Shown piece after piece: positions 38,156 to 47,372 of a stretch of 64,000 bases of DNA. This DNA is from Verrucomicrobiota bacterium (GTDB taxonomy: Bacteria > Verrucomicrobiota > Verrucomicrobiia > Opitutales > Intestinicryptomonadaceae). The number at the start of each line of letters is the position of its first letter. The first letter of the stretch is position 1. The stretch is from assembly GCA_003343565.1 (NCBI GenBank), contig QALA01000079.1:2937-66936 (forward strand). Direction: 5' to 3'. The notes beneath the pieces are model-generated. The model was given only the letters and a program-made list of their open reading frames with translations. It was not told where the DNA came from and searched no databases. The position numbers and the translations under genes were made by a program.

Positions 38156-38895
38156 CTTTGTGATAATCCCGCGGATTAAATATTATCGCGTCGAATACGT
38201 AAAGCTTTTAATTTTTCATATCCGCTAAAAAAAACGGCCGGCCCCCAATGGAAGTCCGGCGCGAACTGCCGCTTAAGCGGCCTTTTTAATGCCGCCCTTT
38301 TGCCGGCGCGCAACTTAGGGGTTCGCAGGATTCAGCGAAAGCCTCTCCCGAAAGGCCGCTCTGCCGCTTAGCCGGACCCCGTCGCGCGCCACAATGCGCA
38401 CTCCCTCCAAAGCTCCCCGCAAATTTGCTTAAAAAAACGCGTCAAATTCCGACGAAAAGCCAACGAGCGGCAAAAGCCGTCTCGCGCGAACTTTCATGTA
38501 TTCCGCATTCCGTAGTCTTCATGCGGCATGCTGAAGCTCCGCGCGCTTTGATGCGGGTTTTGCGCCGCTGTGGGTGCGGTTCGACAGGTGGCGATCCATA
38601 GATTCCGCAAAAGCGATGCGGCGTTCCTTCCCCCCTCAAAAAAATTGCCGCCCCAGACCGCTTCGAGAAGGCCCGCATAATCGCAATCCGCACAGCCGGC
38701 TTTGGGAGTCGACTTCGCTCAATTTGACACCCTCCTCGCGCCGCAAAAAAAGATCGCGCAGGTTGGGCGAAATTTCCGAAAAACGCTTGAACCGGCCGCA
38801 ATCGCCGCAAATAATTCCGATCTCTTGCGCAAAAATGCGCTTCCGATAAAACGCAGCGCGCGCTCCGCGCGAAAAAAACGCTATCGACAGACATC

Positions 38896-40095
38896 ATGGG
38901 AAAAACCGGGAAAAAAAAGACCGCGATATACATGCTCATAGACGCGCTTGGCTGGAAAGCCGCCGAGAGCTGCGCATTTATGCGCTCCCGCCTTGCCTGC
39001 CGCCAAGAAGTGGAAACGCGACTTGGAGATCTGCACGCCGCCGCCGCCGCAATATCTTCCGGTCAGCCGCCCGCAAGGCACGGCCGCTTTTCGTTTTTCT
39101 ACTATTCCCCCGAAACCTCCCCGTTCGCCGCGTTCAAATACATGAAGTTCGCCTTTGGAGCCGGACTGTACCCGAAGTGCCTTACGAACAGAAAATGGTT
39201 TAGGAAGCGAATCTCAAAAGCCGCCGTAAAATTTTCCGGCGACCCCGACGGCTTCAAAATTTTTTCCATGCCGTACCACAGGCTCCCGTTTTTCGACTAT
39301 TGCGAAAAGTCCGATCCCTTCGCCGAAAACGGCCTTGCGCCGCTGGAAAATCTGGGCGGCATTCTCAAGAAGAGCGGACTAAAATTTTTCCTGTCCGCCG
39401 CCCGGAAAAGCGACGGGCAAAATCTGCGCGGCGCGCTCGAATCCGCGAGGGCCGGCGCGGATTTTGAATTTGTGCATAACCGCGGATTCGCGGACTTTCT
39501 CACGGAGAACATTTCCGGCGAATCCGCAGCGGCCGCCGCGCTGAAAGAATTGGAATCGCAGGCCGAATCCCTCATCGGGGCCGTCGAAGAGGCGGGGCGC
39601 GAATGCGAATTTACAGTCATATCGACATGCGGCGCGCAAAAATGCGAAAAGTCGGCCGACCTCGCAAAAGCGGTAAATTCGCTCGGCCTGAAGTTCGGGC
39701 GCGACTACGCGGCGGTTTTCGAGCCGTCGATGGCGCGCTTTTGGTATTTTTCTGAAAGGGCGAAAGCCGCAATTCGCGCCGCGCTCTCCGCGCCGAATGC
39801 GCCGGGCGAATTTCTCCGCGCCGAAAATCTCGCCGAGTTCGGAGCGGATTTTCCGGACAAAAAATTCGGCGACGACATCTACATGTGCCGCGCCGGCGTC
39901 CGTATATTCCCTTCCGACATGCAGGCCGATTCGCGCGCTGAAACGCCGTGTCTAAACCCGAATAGCAAAGACTCGCGCGCGTGTTTTCTGTCCAATAAAA
40001 TCCCCCCATTCGCCCCACGCAAAATCGACGATTTTTTTGCCCTTATGAAGGCCGACATCGAGAGGCTTAAAAAACAATCCGGCTCTTGCGAATAA
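38896..40095 (+). CDS. Hypothetical protein, possibly alkaline-phosphatase-superfamily (type I phosphodiesterase/nucleotide pyrophosphatase-like)
   Basis: The N-terminus KTAIYMLIDALGW ... SSGQPPARHG loosely resembles the DG(L/F)(G/R) ... TG-x-P-x-x-HG metal-site segments of that superfamily. The rest is unassigned. It is the only plus-strand gene between 8.2 and 46.8 kb. Confidence 0.5.
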   Translation: MGKTGKKKTAIYMLIDALGWKAAESCAFMRSRLACRQEVETRLGDLHAAAAAISSGQPPARHGRFSFFYYSPETSPFAAFKYMKFAFGAGLYPKCLTNRKWFRKRISKAAVKFSGDPDGFKIFSMPYHRLPFFDYCEKSDPFAENGLAPLENLGGILKKSGLKFFLSAARKSDGQNLRGALESARAGADFEFVHNRGFADFLTENISGESAAAAALKELESQAESLIGAVEEAGRECEFTVISTCGAQKCEKSADLAKAVNSLGLKFGRDYAAVFEPSMARFWYFSERAKAAIRAALSAPNAPGEFLRAENLAEFGADFPDKKFGDDIYMCRAGVRIFPSDMQADSRAETPCLNPNSKDSRACFLSNKIPPFAPRKIDDFFALMKADIERLKKQSGSCE

Positions 40096-40596
40096 AATCC
40101 GCGCACGCAAAATCTGCGCACGCCGCGCACGCGCCTTTGCCGCAAACTTTCCGGGCGAAAAATTCGGCGGCGGCATTCCCATTTCCCGCGCGAATATCTG
40201 GATATTTGTGCCCGCATCGCGCCCGCGCCGCATATCCCCCTTCGCTACTCTTCGCCGCCCTTCGCGGACGTTTGCCGACGCGCTGCAAGAAGCGCAAATT
40301 TGCCGCATAAAAAAACTTTGGAAAGAGGCGAATATTTTTTAAACTTTTACTTCGGCGGCAAAAAACGGGGCGCAACAAGAATATTGCAATGCCTTGCATC
40401 GGGCGAATCCAAAACGCCAAACCGCGCCTAAAAGCTCTCAAATTCCGAACTGCTCCGCAATGCGGCGCGCGAAAGCCGCTCAAAGAAGGAATCAATTACT
40501 CCCGCCCGCCGTTTCTTAATTCTTATTGGGGAGGCAAGGAAGAGCTTTTTCAAAAGCAGCTTAAATCGCTTTTAAGATATGGGATTTCCCCGTCAG

Positions 40597-41895
40597 TCAA
40601 ACGGGCCGCTTCGGGAGAATTTCCGCCCCGCGAACGCCGTCGTTAAACCTTATGTCGACGCGCTCTCCCTCCTTTAGGCGCGAGCCCCGCGCGACGGGCC
40701 GTCCCGAACGATCCAGCACCAATGCGAAGCCGCGCCTTAGCGTCTTCTCAACGCCGAGAAGCTCCAAGCGTTTCGCATATCCGTCAAGCCGCTGTTTCAA
40801 AAGGGCGATTCTGCCGCCGGGAACCGCCGCCGCAAGCCTTCCGCGCAGGGCCTCAAGCGCAAGCTTCATGTTGGAAATTCCGGAGGCGGCAAGAGAATCC
40901 AGACGCGACGCGATTTCGTCGAGGCGCAAATTCTCCGAACGTATTTTTCCCTCCGGCGAATTAAGGCGCAAAAACTCTCCGAGCGAATCCAAACGCCCGC
41001 GCAGCTCGTCGAGCCTGGCGCGCACTATTTCCCCGGCCCTGTCGCGAGCCTCCTGCGCGCGCGCGGCGCAGTCCAAATAGGACGACGATATAAGCTCGGC
41101 CGCAGCGCTTGGAGTTTCCGCCCTCAAATCCGCCGCGAAGTCCGACAGCGAAAAGTCTATTTCGTGTCCGACCGCGGAAATTATCGGCGTGCGCGCCCCC
41201 GCAACCGCGCGCGCAACAATTTCCTCGCTGAAGGCGAACAGGTCCTCAAAGCTTCCGCCGCCGCGCATTACCACAATCGCGTCGAAGCCCGATCCGTCGG
41301 GAAAAATGAAGTCGTCGGCAAACTTGACTTGCGCCGCGATCTCCGCGGCGGCCTCGGCTCCCTGGACTTTGGCGGGCAGAACGTACACGCTTCCGCGCCA
41401 GCCCCTGCGCTCCAAAATCCGCAGAAAGTCGCGCACGGCCGCCCCGACGGGCGACGTCACCGCGGCGATTTTGCGCACGAGCGGCGGAATGGGAATCTTG
41501 CGCGACGAATCGAAAAGCCCCTCCTCCGACAGGCGTTTTTTAAGCTCCTCGAAGCGGCGCGCCAAATCCCCAACGCCGTCGCTCATCATGCATTTCACCA
41601 CGAGCTGGTACGTCCCGCGAACTTCGTAGAGCGAGATCTCTCCGAACAGCAAAACCTTCATTCCGTCCCTGAGCTTAAACGGCGCGGCGGACGCGTATCC
41701 CTTGAAGAGAACCGCCGAAATCGACGCGTCCGCGTCCTTCAGGGTAAAATAGGTGTGACCGCTCCCGTAGAGCCGGACGTTCGAGACTTCGCCGCGCAGC
41801 CAGAGTTCGGGTATGCGGGTATTTATAAGCATTTTGAAGCGCCGCGAAAATTCTCCGACGCTCAAAATTTCGTCGCTGGCTTTCAAAAAATCCAT
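40597..41895 (-). CDS. xseA: Exodeoxyribonuclease VII large subunit
   Basis: N-terminal OB fold (WLRGEVSNVRLYGSGHTYFTLKD), catalytic core (RGGGSFEDLFAFSEE) and C-terminal coiled-coil. 432 aa. Confidence 0.9.
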   Translation of the reverse strand: MDFLKASDEILSVGEFSRRFKMLINTRIPELWLRGEVSNVRLYGSGHTYFTLKDADASISAVLFKGYASAAPFKLRDGMKVLLFGEISLYEVRGTYQLVVKCMMSDGVGDLARRFEELKKRLSEEGLFDSSRKIPIPPLVRKIAAVTSPVGAAVRDFLRILERRGWRGSVYVLPAKVQGAEAAAEIAAQVKFADDFIFPDGSGFDAIVVMRGGGSFEDLFAFSEEIVARAVAGARTPIISAVGHEIDFSLSDFAADLRAETPSAAAELISSSYLDCAARAQEARDRAGEIVRARLDELRGRLDSLGEFLRLNSPEGKIRSENLRLDEIASRLDSLAASGISNMKLALEALRGRLAAAVPGGRIALLKQRLDGYAKRLELLGVEKTLRRGFALVLDRSGRPVARGSRLKEGERVDIRFNDGVRGAEILPKRPV

Positions 41896-41899
41896 GCCG

Positions 41900-42679
41900 T
41901 CACTCCTCTGCGCGACCGTCTTCGCCGCGTCCGATTTTCCCCGCGCGCGACGCGCCGTCCGCGGTACCCGCGGCGCGCCCCGCCCTGCCCGAGGCCTTCA
42001 GCTTATATCCGTACGCCTTTTTAAGCATCGCCGCCACGACGCCCAAAACTACGAGCACGCTCACGCCGAGAAAAATTTTCGACATTCCCCCCTCGAAAAT
42101 CCCATCGCCCAAATACACGTAGGCGGCAATCTGGACGAATTGAACCGCTATGGACACGAGCATGTACCTGTCGAAGGGAATGTCCGCCAAGCCCAAAACG
42201 TAGTTTTGCACCACCAGCGGATTTCCGGGAATCATGCGCATCAAAAAGGTAAATTCGTACTGCTCGTAGCGCGGAACTTCGGGAACGCAAACCCCGCGAG
42301 CGGCAAGCTTGGAGCGCAAAAACCTCCCGAATCTTCTGGCCAAAAAATACGAGAACGCCATATTCGCCAAAACCCCCGCGTAGCAGTAGGCCAAAGCCAC
42401 CATAAACGTCGAGCTGTCAACCGCGCGCGCGCTCGCCAGAAAATACACCGGAGTGACGGGAAGAAAGAACAGCGGAAGCAGAAATGTCCCGAACGCGTAG
42501 ACGAACATCGGGAAGTCGTTTATCTGGGAAATGTTGGCGCGCAAATACTCCCCGGCGCGCTTGAGCATTAGAGATATGTCGTCGCCCCAAATGAAGAACG
42601 ACCACAGGCAAAACATAAAGACGGCGACCGCAGCCAACGCCACTATTTTCACCTTGTATTTAAAAAGTATTCTTATCAT
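41900..42679 (-). CDS. TVP38/TMEM64 (DedA-superfamily, SNARE-associated) membrane protein
   Basis: Start moved to ATG 42679 (MIRILFKYKVKIVALAAV...). Multi-TM with FLPVTPVYFLAS...ANMAFSYFLARRFGRFL typical of the family. 1-nt gap after the mqnB stop and 4-nt gap to xseA. Confidence 0.8.
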   Translation of the reverse strand: MIRILFKYKVKIVALAAVAVFMFCLWSFFIWGDDISLMLKRAGEYLRANISQINDFPMFVYAFGTFLLPLFFLPVTPVYFLASARAVDSSTFMVALAYCYAGVLANMAFSYFLARRFGRFLRSKLAARGVCVPEVPRYEQYEFTFLMRMIPGNPLVVQNYVLGLADIPFDRYMLVSIAVQFVQIAAYVYLGDGIFEGGMSKIFLGVSVLVVLGVVAAMLKKAYGYKLKASGRAGRAAGTADGASRAGKIGRGEDGRAEE

Positions 42680-42680
42680 T

Positions 42681-43241
42681 TTACTTCGTCCAGAATTCGT
42701 CAAGCCCGGCAATCAGATGGCGCAGCTTGACTATGTTGGCGCGAATGTCGCACTCCGGGGAAAAGTCGGTGACGAGCTTTACGACCTCGATGTCCTTTGA
42801 AAGCAAACGCGCCGCCGAAACGAGGGAATAGGCCTCCATGTCGACAATGTCGCCGAATTTCGACGCGCGTTCTCTTGCGCTCCCGGAGACGGCCGGGCGC
42901 GCGGAGCTTGCCAGCGCCGCCCCGCCGCCGGGAAGCTCGAAAACCTCGCCGTCGAAAGGCTCGACGCACGCGACGCGGCCCGCGCGCAAAATGTCGCCGA
43001 GAGAAAATTTGCCGGACACGTCGCCCGCGGCTCCTATGTTCGCCGAATCCCCGAACTCCAAAGCGCGCGCGGCCCAGCAATATGCGAGAGCCGCGTTGAC
43101 GAGCCCGATTCCGCTTATTACAAGCCATGCGCTCCCGTTGGAATACGCGCGAAACGGCGACGCGCGCCGGAGTTGAAAGCCGAACTTTTCAATCGCGCTC
43201 TCGACCTCGCTTTCGGTCGCGGCAAATATGCACCTCAGCAT
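42681..43241 (-). CDS. mqnB: Futalosine hydrolase-like nucleosidase (PNP/UDP family)
   Basis: ISGIGLVNAALAY and DIVDMEAYS are nucleosidase-family motifs. It lies inside the mqn operon. ATG 43241 is chosen (ATG 43253 also possible). Overlaps the mqnD stop. Confidence 0.65.
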   Translation of the reverse strand: MLRCIFAATESEVESAIEKFGFQLRRASPFRAYSNGSAWLVISGIGLVNAALAYCWAARALEFGDSANIGAAGDVSGKFSLGDILRAGRVACVEPFDGEVFELPGGGAALASSARPAVSGSARERASKFGDIVDMEAYSLVSAARLLSKDIEVVKLVTDFSPECDIRANIVKLRHLIAGLDEFWTK

Positions 43242-43990
43242 TTTTCCAGGCATGATATCACTTTCTCCCGTATGCCGGCAATGCTTTTTGAATATTCGTT
43301 CACAAACGCATAGACGTGCTTTTTCAGGACCGAATCCTCAAGATATTGCGCATGCATTTTGACGAACGGAAATGTTTTGTCCGGATCGGCGAATGCCGCG
43401 GCGATGCTCTCGCGGATCTTTTCTTCAAGTTCGGCCTTCCGCGCGGCGAAATCCCGGCGGACGCAAATGCAGCCGAGCGGGACGGGAAGCCCGGTCTTTC
43501 GGGTCCAGTGCGCACCCAAGTCCTCGACCAGCTCCAATCCCTGCGAGCGGAACACAAAGCGACCCTCGTGTATGAGGACGCCGAAGTCGGCCTCACCCGC
43601 CAAAATCGCGCCGGTTATTCCGCGGAACATCATGGGGCGCAAATCCAGCTGACCGCCCGCGTAAAATTTAACAAGGAGAGCTGCCGTGGTGTTCAGCCCT
43701 GGAACTATCACGCGCCGCGACGCGTCAAACGGCATTCCCGCACGGCCGACCAAAACCGGCCCCGCCGCCATTCCCATAGCCGCGCCCGCGTCCAGAAGCT
43801 CGTACTTGTCGCGCAATTTCAAGTATGCCGCAAACGACAGCTTCGTGACGGGATACTCGCCCCTCTCGGCCTTCAGATTGAGCGTCTCGATATCCTCGAA
43901 GACAAACGACAGCCCGGACTTAATCTCGCCCTCGATCAGCGCGCGGTACGAGAATGTGTCGTTCGGGCACGGCGTGATTGCAAACTTCAT
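43235..43990 (-). CDS. mqnD: 1,4-dihydroxy-6-naphthoate synthase
   Basis: MKFAITPCPNDTFSYRAL... carries the SPCPNDT-type N-terminus I associate with MqnD. VitK2-biosynthesis (MqnA/MqnD) fold family. 251 aa. Confidence 0.8.
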   Translation of the reverse strand: MKFAITPCPNDTFSYRALIEGEIKSGLSFVFEDIETLNLKAERGEYPVTKLSFAAYLKLRDKYELLDAGAAMGMAAGPVLVGRAGMPFDASRRVIVPGLNTTAALLVKFYAGGQLDLRPMMFRGITGAILAGEADFGVLIHEGRFVFRSQGLELVEDLGAHWTRKTGLPVPLGCICVRRDFAARKAELEEKIRESIAAAFADPDKTFPFVKMHAQYLEDSVLKKHVYAFVNEYSKSIAGIREKVISCLEKC

Positions 43991-45060
43991 CTTTTTTCCC
44001 CTTCGGCGACCGTCTCGTAGAGGCCGTCGCGCTCGCGCGGAACGCGGCCTGCGGCGGATATGACGCGGCGCATCTGCGCGGCGGTCGCGCGGTTGTCGAT
44101 TCCGGCGGCGCGCACGACCATCTCGTCCATCAGCACCCCGCCCAGATCGTTGGAGCCGAAATTCAGGACAATCTCGGCAATCTTTAGCCCCTCGGTCAGC
44201 CAGCCCGACTGCACGTACTTTATGTTGTCCAAATATATTCTCGCCAGCGCGACCGTCCTGAGAAATTCCACCGCGCCCGCCCTGCGCACCAAGCCCTCAA
44301 TCCGCGTGTTCTCCGGCGCGACGGGCCACGCAATGAAGGCCTTGAACACTCCCGTCTCGTCCTGCACCCTGCGCACGGTTTCGAGGTGCTCCACGCGCTG
44401 GCGGAAGGTCTCCCCCATTCCGAACGTCATCGTGGCCGACGAAGTCATCGAATTTTCCGCCAGCGCGCGCATGACTTCAATCCATTCCTCCACCGTGCAT
44501 TTTCCCGCGCACAGCCTGCGGCGAACTTCCGGCACAAGCAAATCGGCCGCGCCCGGAATCGAGTCGGCCCCCGCCCCCTTCAGGCGTCGAACGCACTCGC
44601 GCACGCCGATTCCCGCCCCGCGCGCAAACCAAACGACCTCGGAGGGCGAAAACACATGCAGCCACAGCGACGGAAACGCCGACTTAATGCGCCCCAAAAG
44701 GCTTTCCGCCCATTCGAGGCCGAAGGCCGAATCCAGCCCGCCCTGCAACATAATCTGCCTGGCCCCCTTGGAGGCGGCGTCCGCGCACAGCGACAAAATC
44801 TCGCCGTCCGACATTCTGAACGCCGGCACCTTTCCCGCCCGCGCGTGGTACGCGCAAAACGGGCACTGCGCCGCGCACACGTTGGAGTAGTTTATCATTC
44901 TGTTGACGACGTACCCAACTTCGTCCGTCGGATCCACGGCCCGGCGGCGCGCGTCGGCAAGCTCTGCGAGGCGGAACAAATCCGCCCCCTCCAGCTCCAT
45001 GGCCGCCGCAAAATCGGCGCGCTCGCCCGACATCAGGGCTTCAAAGGTCTGCGTTCTCAT
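43987..45060 (-). CDS. mqnC: Radical-SAM enzyme of the futalosine pathway, probably cyclic dehypoxanthinyl futalosine synthase
   Basis: CAAQCPFCAY radical-SAM CxxxCxxC cluster and GADSIPG. The MqnC versus MqnE assignment rests only on my recollection that MqnC carries F-I-x-W (here FKAFIAWP). The family call is firm; the paralog call is tentative. Confidence 0.65.
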   Translation of the reverse strand: MRTQTFEALMSGERADFAAAMELEGADLFRLAELADARRRAVDPTDEVGYVVNRMINYSNVCAAQCPFCAYHARAGKVPAFRMSDGEILSLCADAASKGARQIMLQGGLDSAFGLEWAESLLGRIKSAFPSLWLHVFSPSEVVWFARGAGIGVRECVRRLKGAGADSIPGAADLLVPEVRRRLCAGKCTVEEWIEVMRALAENSMTSSATMTFGMGETFRQRVEHLETVRRVQDETGVFKAFIAWPVAPENTRIEGLVRRAGAVEFLRTVALARIYLDNIKYVQSGWLTEGLKIAEIVLNFGSNDLGGVLMDEMVVRAAGIDNRATAAQMRRVISAAGRVPRERDGLYETVAEGEKR

Positions 45061-45814
45061 CTACGTACCTGATTGTCCGCGCGAACGTGTCCGCGGGAAA
45101 TTTGTATTTCAAGGCGCCGTAATATCGGCTCAGCAGAGCGTCGGATATTTCCCGCCCGGCGGATTTCTTAAACAAACTCTTCGCCCTCGGAAAATATTTT
45201 TCCGGATCCGCGCGGAAGGCCGACAGGGACGAATCGAAATAGTCCGACAAAACCCGAGAGAGTTCCGCAAACATGCCGCGCCTCACGACAATCACGGCGT
45301 AAATCATTGGAACGGGCGCAAAGCTTTTCCACATTTCGCCGAGGTCGTATTGGTAAGGATAAGCCCGCGACTCATCGGACTCGAGAAAAGCGAGGGCGCC
45401 GTCGCCTATCAGAAAAACGGCGTCCGCCCCGCGGGCGTCGGGAACGCGGTTTTTAAAAAAATCGAAGCCGTACTTTTTCGCGCAGATGTGGGCGAACGCC
45501 CTCGTGGACGTCCCGCTCTCGTCAGTTATGAATATCTTTCCGCCGTCCAGCCTCTCCAATGGGATTTTTGAAAAAAGCTTTACGGAATAGATTTCGCCGT
45601 CGCCCCCGATGCAGAAATCCGGAAGCAGCGCGTATTCGCGCGCCACTTGCGGAACATACCGCCAGCGGGAAATTACCGCCGCGTCAAACCGCCCCGACAT
45701 CGCCGCGGCGTTCATGGACGCCGGTATGCCCTCCTCAAGCTCAAACTGCGCCGGAAGGTCTAGCGCAAACAGCGGCAGGGCGTTTATGTATGAAACTTTG
45801 CCGAACTTATACAT
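45041..45814 (-). CDS. mqnA: Chorismate dehydratase
   Basis: MYKFGKVSYINALPLF matches the (I/V)SYLNxLPL N-terminus of MqnA. 257 aa. Overlaps both neighbours. Confidence 0.8.
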   Translation of the reverse strand: MYKFGKVSYINALPLFALDLPAQFELEEGIPASMNAAAMSGRFDAAVISRWRYVPQVAREYALLPDFCIGGDGEIYSVKLFSKIPLERLDGGKIFITDESGTSTRAFAHICAKKYGFDFFKNRVPDARGADAVFLIGDGALAFLESDESRAYPYQYDLGEMWKSFAPVPMIYAVIVVRRGMFAELSRVLSDYFDSSLSAFRADPEKYFPRAKSLFKKSAGREISDALLSRYYGALKYKFPADTFARTIRYVDENADL

Positions 45815-46847
45815 AGTTTGAATTTACCTTTACCGGCTTGAATCCGGCGTCCTCTATCGACGCGCGCATAAAGGCCTCCGTCCTGTCGGAGCGCGGGGCG
45901 CCGGCGGAGGTAGCGACCTCCTCCACCCAGTGCGTGCCCCCGATATCGTCGGCGCCGAAATTCAGCAGAACCTGCGCGAGCCTGTCCCCAAAATGGGTTA
46001 TGGGAATCCTGATGTGCGGAAAGTTGTCCAGCATCAGCCGCGCCACGGCCACTATTTTCAGATCGTAAACCCCGGACGAATGCGCGGGTATCTCGCTCTT
46101 GCCTCTGCGGAACGGCAACGGCACAAACGCCTTGAAGCCCCCCGTCTCGTCCTGAAGCGCGCGCAGGCGCGCCAAATGCTCCACGACCGACTCCGGTGTC
46201 TCGATATGCCCGTACAGCATCGTCGCGTTCGTCTTCAATCCGCGCGTGTGCGCCGCGCGCATCGCCGACAGCCACTCGTCGGCCGAAAGTTTGTTCGGCG
46301 ATATTTTCCTGCGGACGGACTCGTCAAAAATCTCCGCCCCCCCGCCGGGAAGCGCGTTCACTCCCGCCTCAATAAGGAGGTCGAACACCTCCTCCAGCGG
46401 CTTGCCGGAAACCCGCGACATCAAAGCGCACTCCGAAACCGTGAACGCAACCACGTTTATATCGGGATCCGCGCGCTTCACCGCGCGCACGAAATCCAAA
46501 TAATACTCCAGCGGAAGCTTTGAGTAAATTCCGCCTATTATGTGTATCTCGCGCGCGCCGGCGGCGGACAATTTCTTCGCGCGCTCGAACGCGTCGTCGG
46601 GCGACAGTAGGTATGCGCCGTCCCCGCCCTCCCTGCGCGAAAACGAACATATCGGGCAGGCCGCCTCGCATATATTGGAATATGTAATTGCGGCGTTGAC
46701 CGCGTAATAGGCCTTGTCGGCATGGAGATTCCTGCGGAAGGCGTCGGCCAGTTCTCCGACCCGCATCGGAGTGGCGCTTTTGAGAAATTCTAACGCGTCG
46801 CGCTCGGCGAGTCGCGCGCCGCCGACGCTCTGTTGACAGTTTTGCAT
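45807..46847 (-). CDS. mqnE: Radical-SAM enzyme of the futalosine pathway, probably aminofutalosine synthase
   Basis: Trimmed to ATG 46847. CEAACPICSF cluster motif, PGGGAEIF, NATMLYGHIE, TGGFKAFVPLPF (the F-x-P-L form I associate with MqnE). The paralog assignment is tentative. Confidence 0.65.
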   Translation of the reverse strand: MQNCQQSVGGARLAERDALEFLKSATPMRVGELADAFRRNLHADKAYYAVNAAITYSNICEAACPICSFSRREGGDGAYLLSPDDAFERAKKLSAAGAREIHIIGGIYSKLPLEYYLDFVRAVKRADPDINVVAFTVSECALMSRVSGKPLEEVFDLLIEAGVNALPGGGAEIFDESVRRKISPNKLSADEWLSAMRAAHTRGLKTNATMLYGHIETPESVVEHLARLRALQDETGGFKAFVPLPFRRGKSEIPAHSSGVYDLKIVAVARLMLDNFPHIRIPITHFGDRLAQVLLNFGADDIGGTHWVEEVATSAGAPRSDRTEAFMRASIEDAGFKPVKVNSNYV

Positions 46848-47372
46848 TCCATAAAAAAATGCACTTCGTCGAACCTTTGTCAACCGTCTTTGTCCGCCCG
46901 TCTTTGCCTTCCTTCCCAAGAGCGAAATGCTCCGCGCCGCCTTCCGGAACCTTTGAATTTCCCGCCACCTCTTTCATACGTCCGGCATGCGCCGACGCGC
47001 CCGGCGCGCGATTCGGACGGCCGCAGACACCCCTTTAAGCATTCGCCTTTAACACTCCCCTTTTAAAGCGCTCCCTTTTAAAAATCTTTAAGCCAAACTT
47101 GCAAGAAACGGCGGAGGACGCGCAAATGTGCAAACGCGCAAAAAATCGGTGCGATAAAAAAGCGGTTAAAAAGCTGCCGATTTTACCCAAAATGTTTGAG
47201 GAGTCGCCAAAATCCGCTAAAGCCCGTCGGAAGCCGCCGAAATTATTTTTATAATTATTTGGGTAAGGCAATGGCGTATTCCTCAAAGAAGGTTGACATT
47301 TCGTTTCTTATATTTAAAAAATTAATTTATCGAATGCCGAAATATAATCTACAACCATTCATCGCAAAAAAA

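Noticed and set aside
38245-38600. Strings reminiscent of RNase P CR-I (ggaagtccgg at about 38249) and of a tmRNA 5' end (ggggttcgcaggattcagcg at 38318; gggtgcggttcgacagg at 38574)
   Set aside because: The other universally conserved parts are missing. There is no GGUAAGAGCGCACC or ACAGAACCCGGCUUA for RNase P. There is no tag ORF ending in ...AA-stop and no 3' T-arm or CCA-proximal acceptor for tmRNA. The available lengths do not fit either RNA.
40096-40596. Looked for xseB (small subunit of exonuclease VII) downstream of xseA
   Set aside because: There is no protein-like small ORF on the minus strand in this spacer. xseB is presumably elsewhere in the genome.
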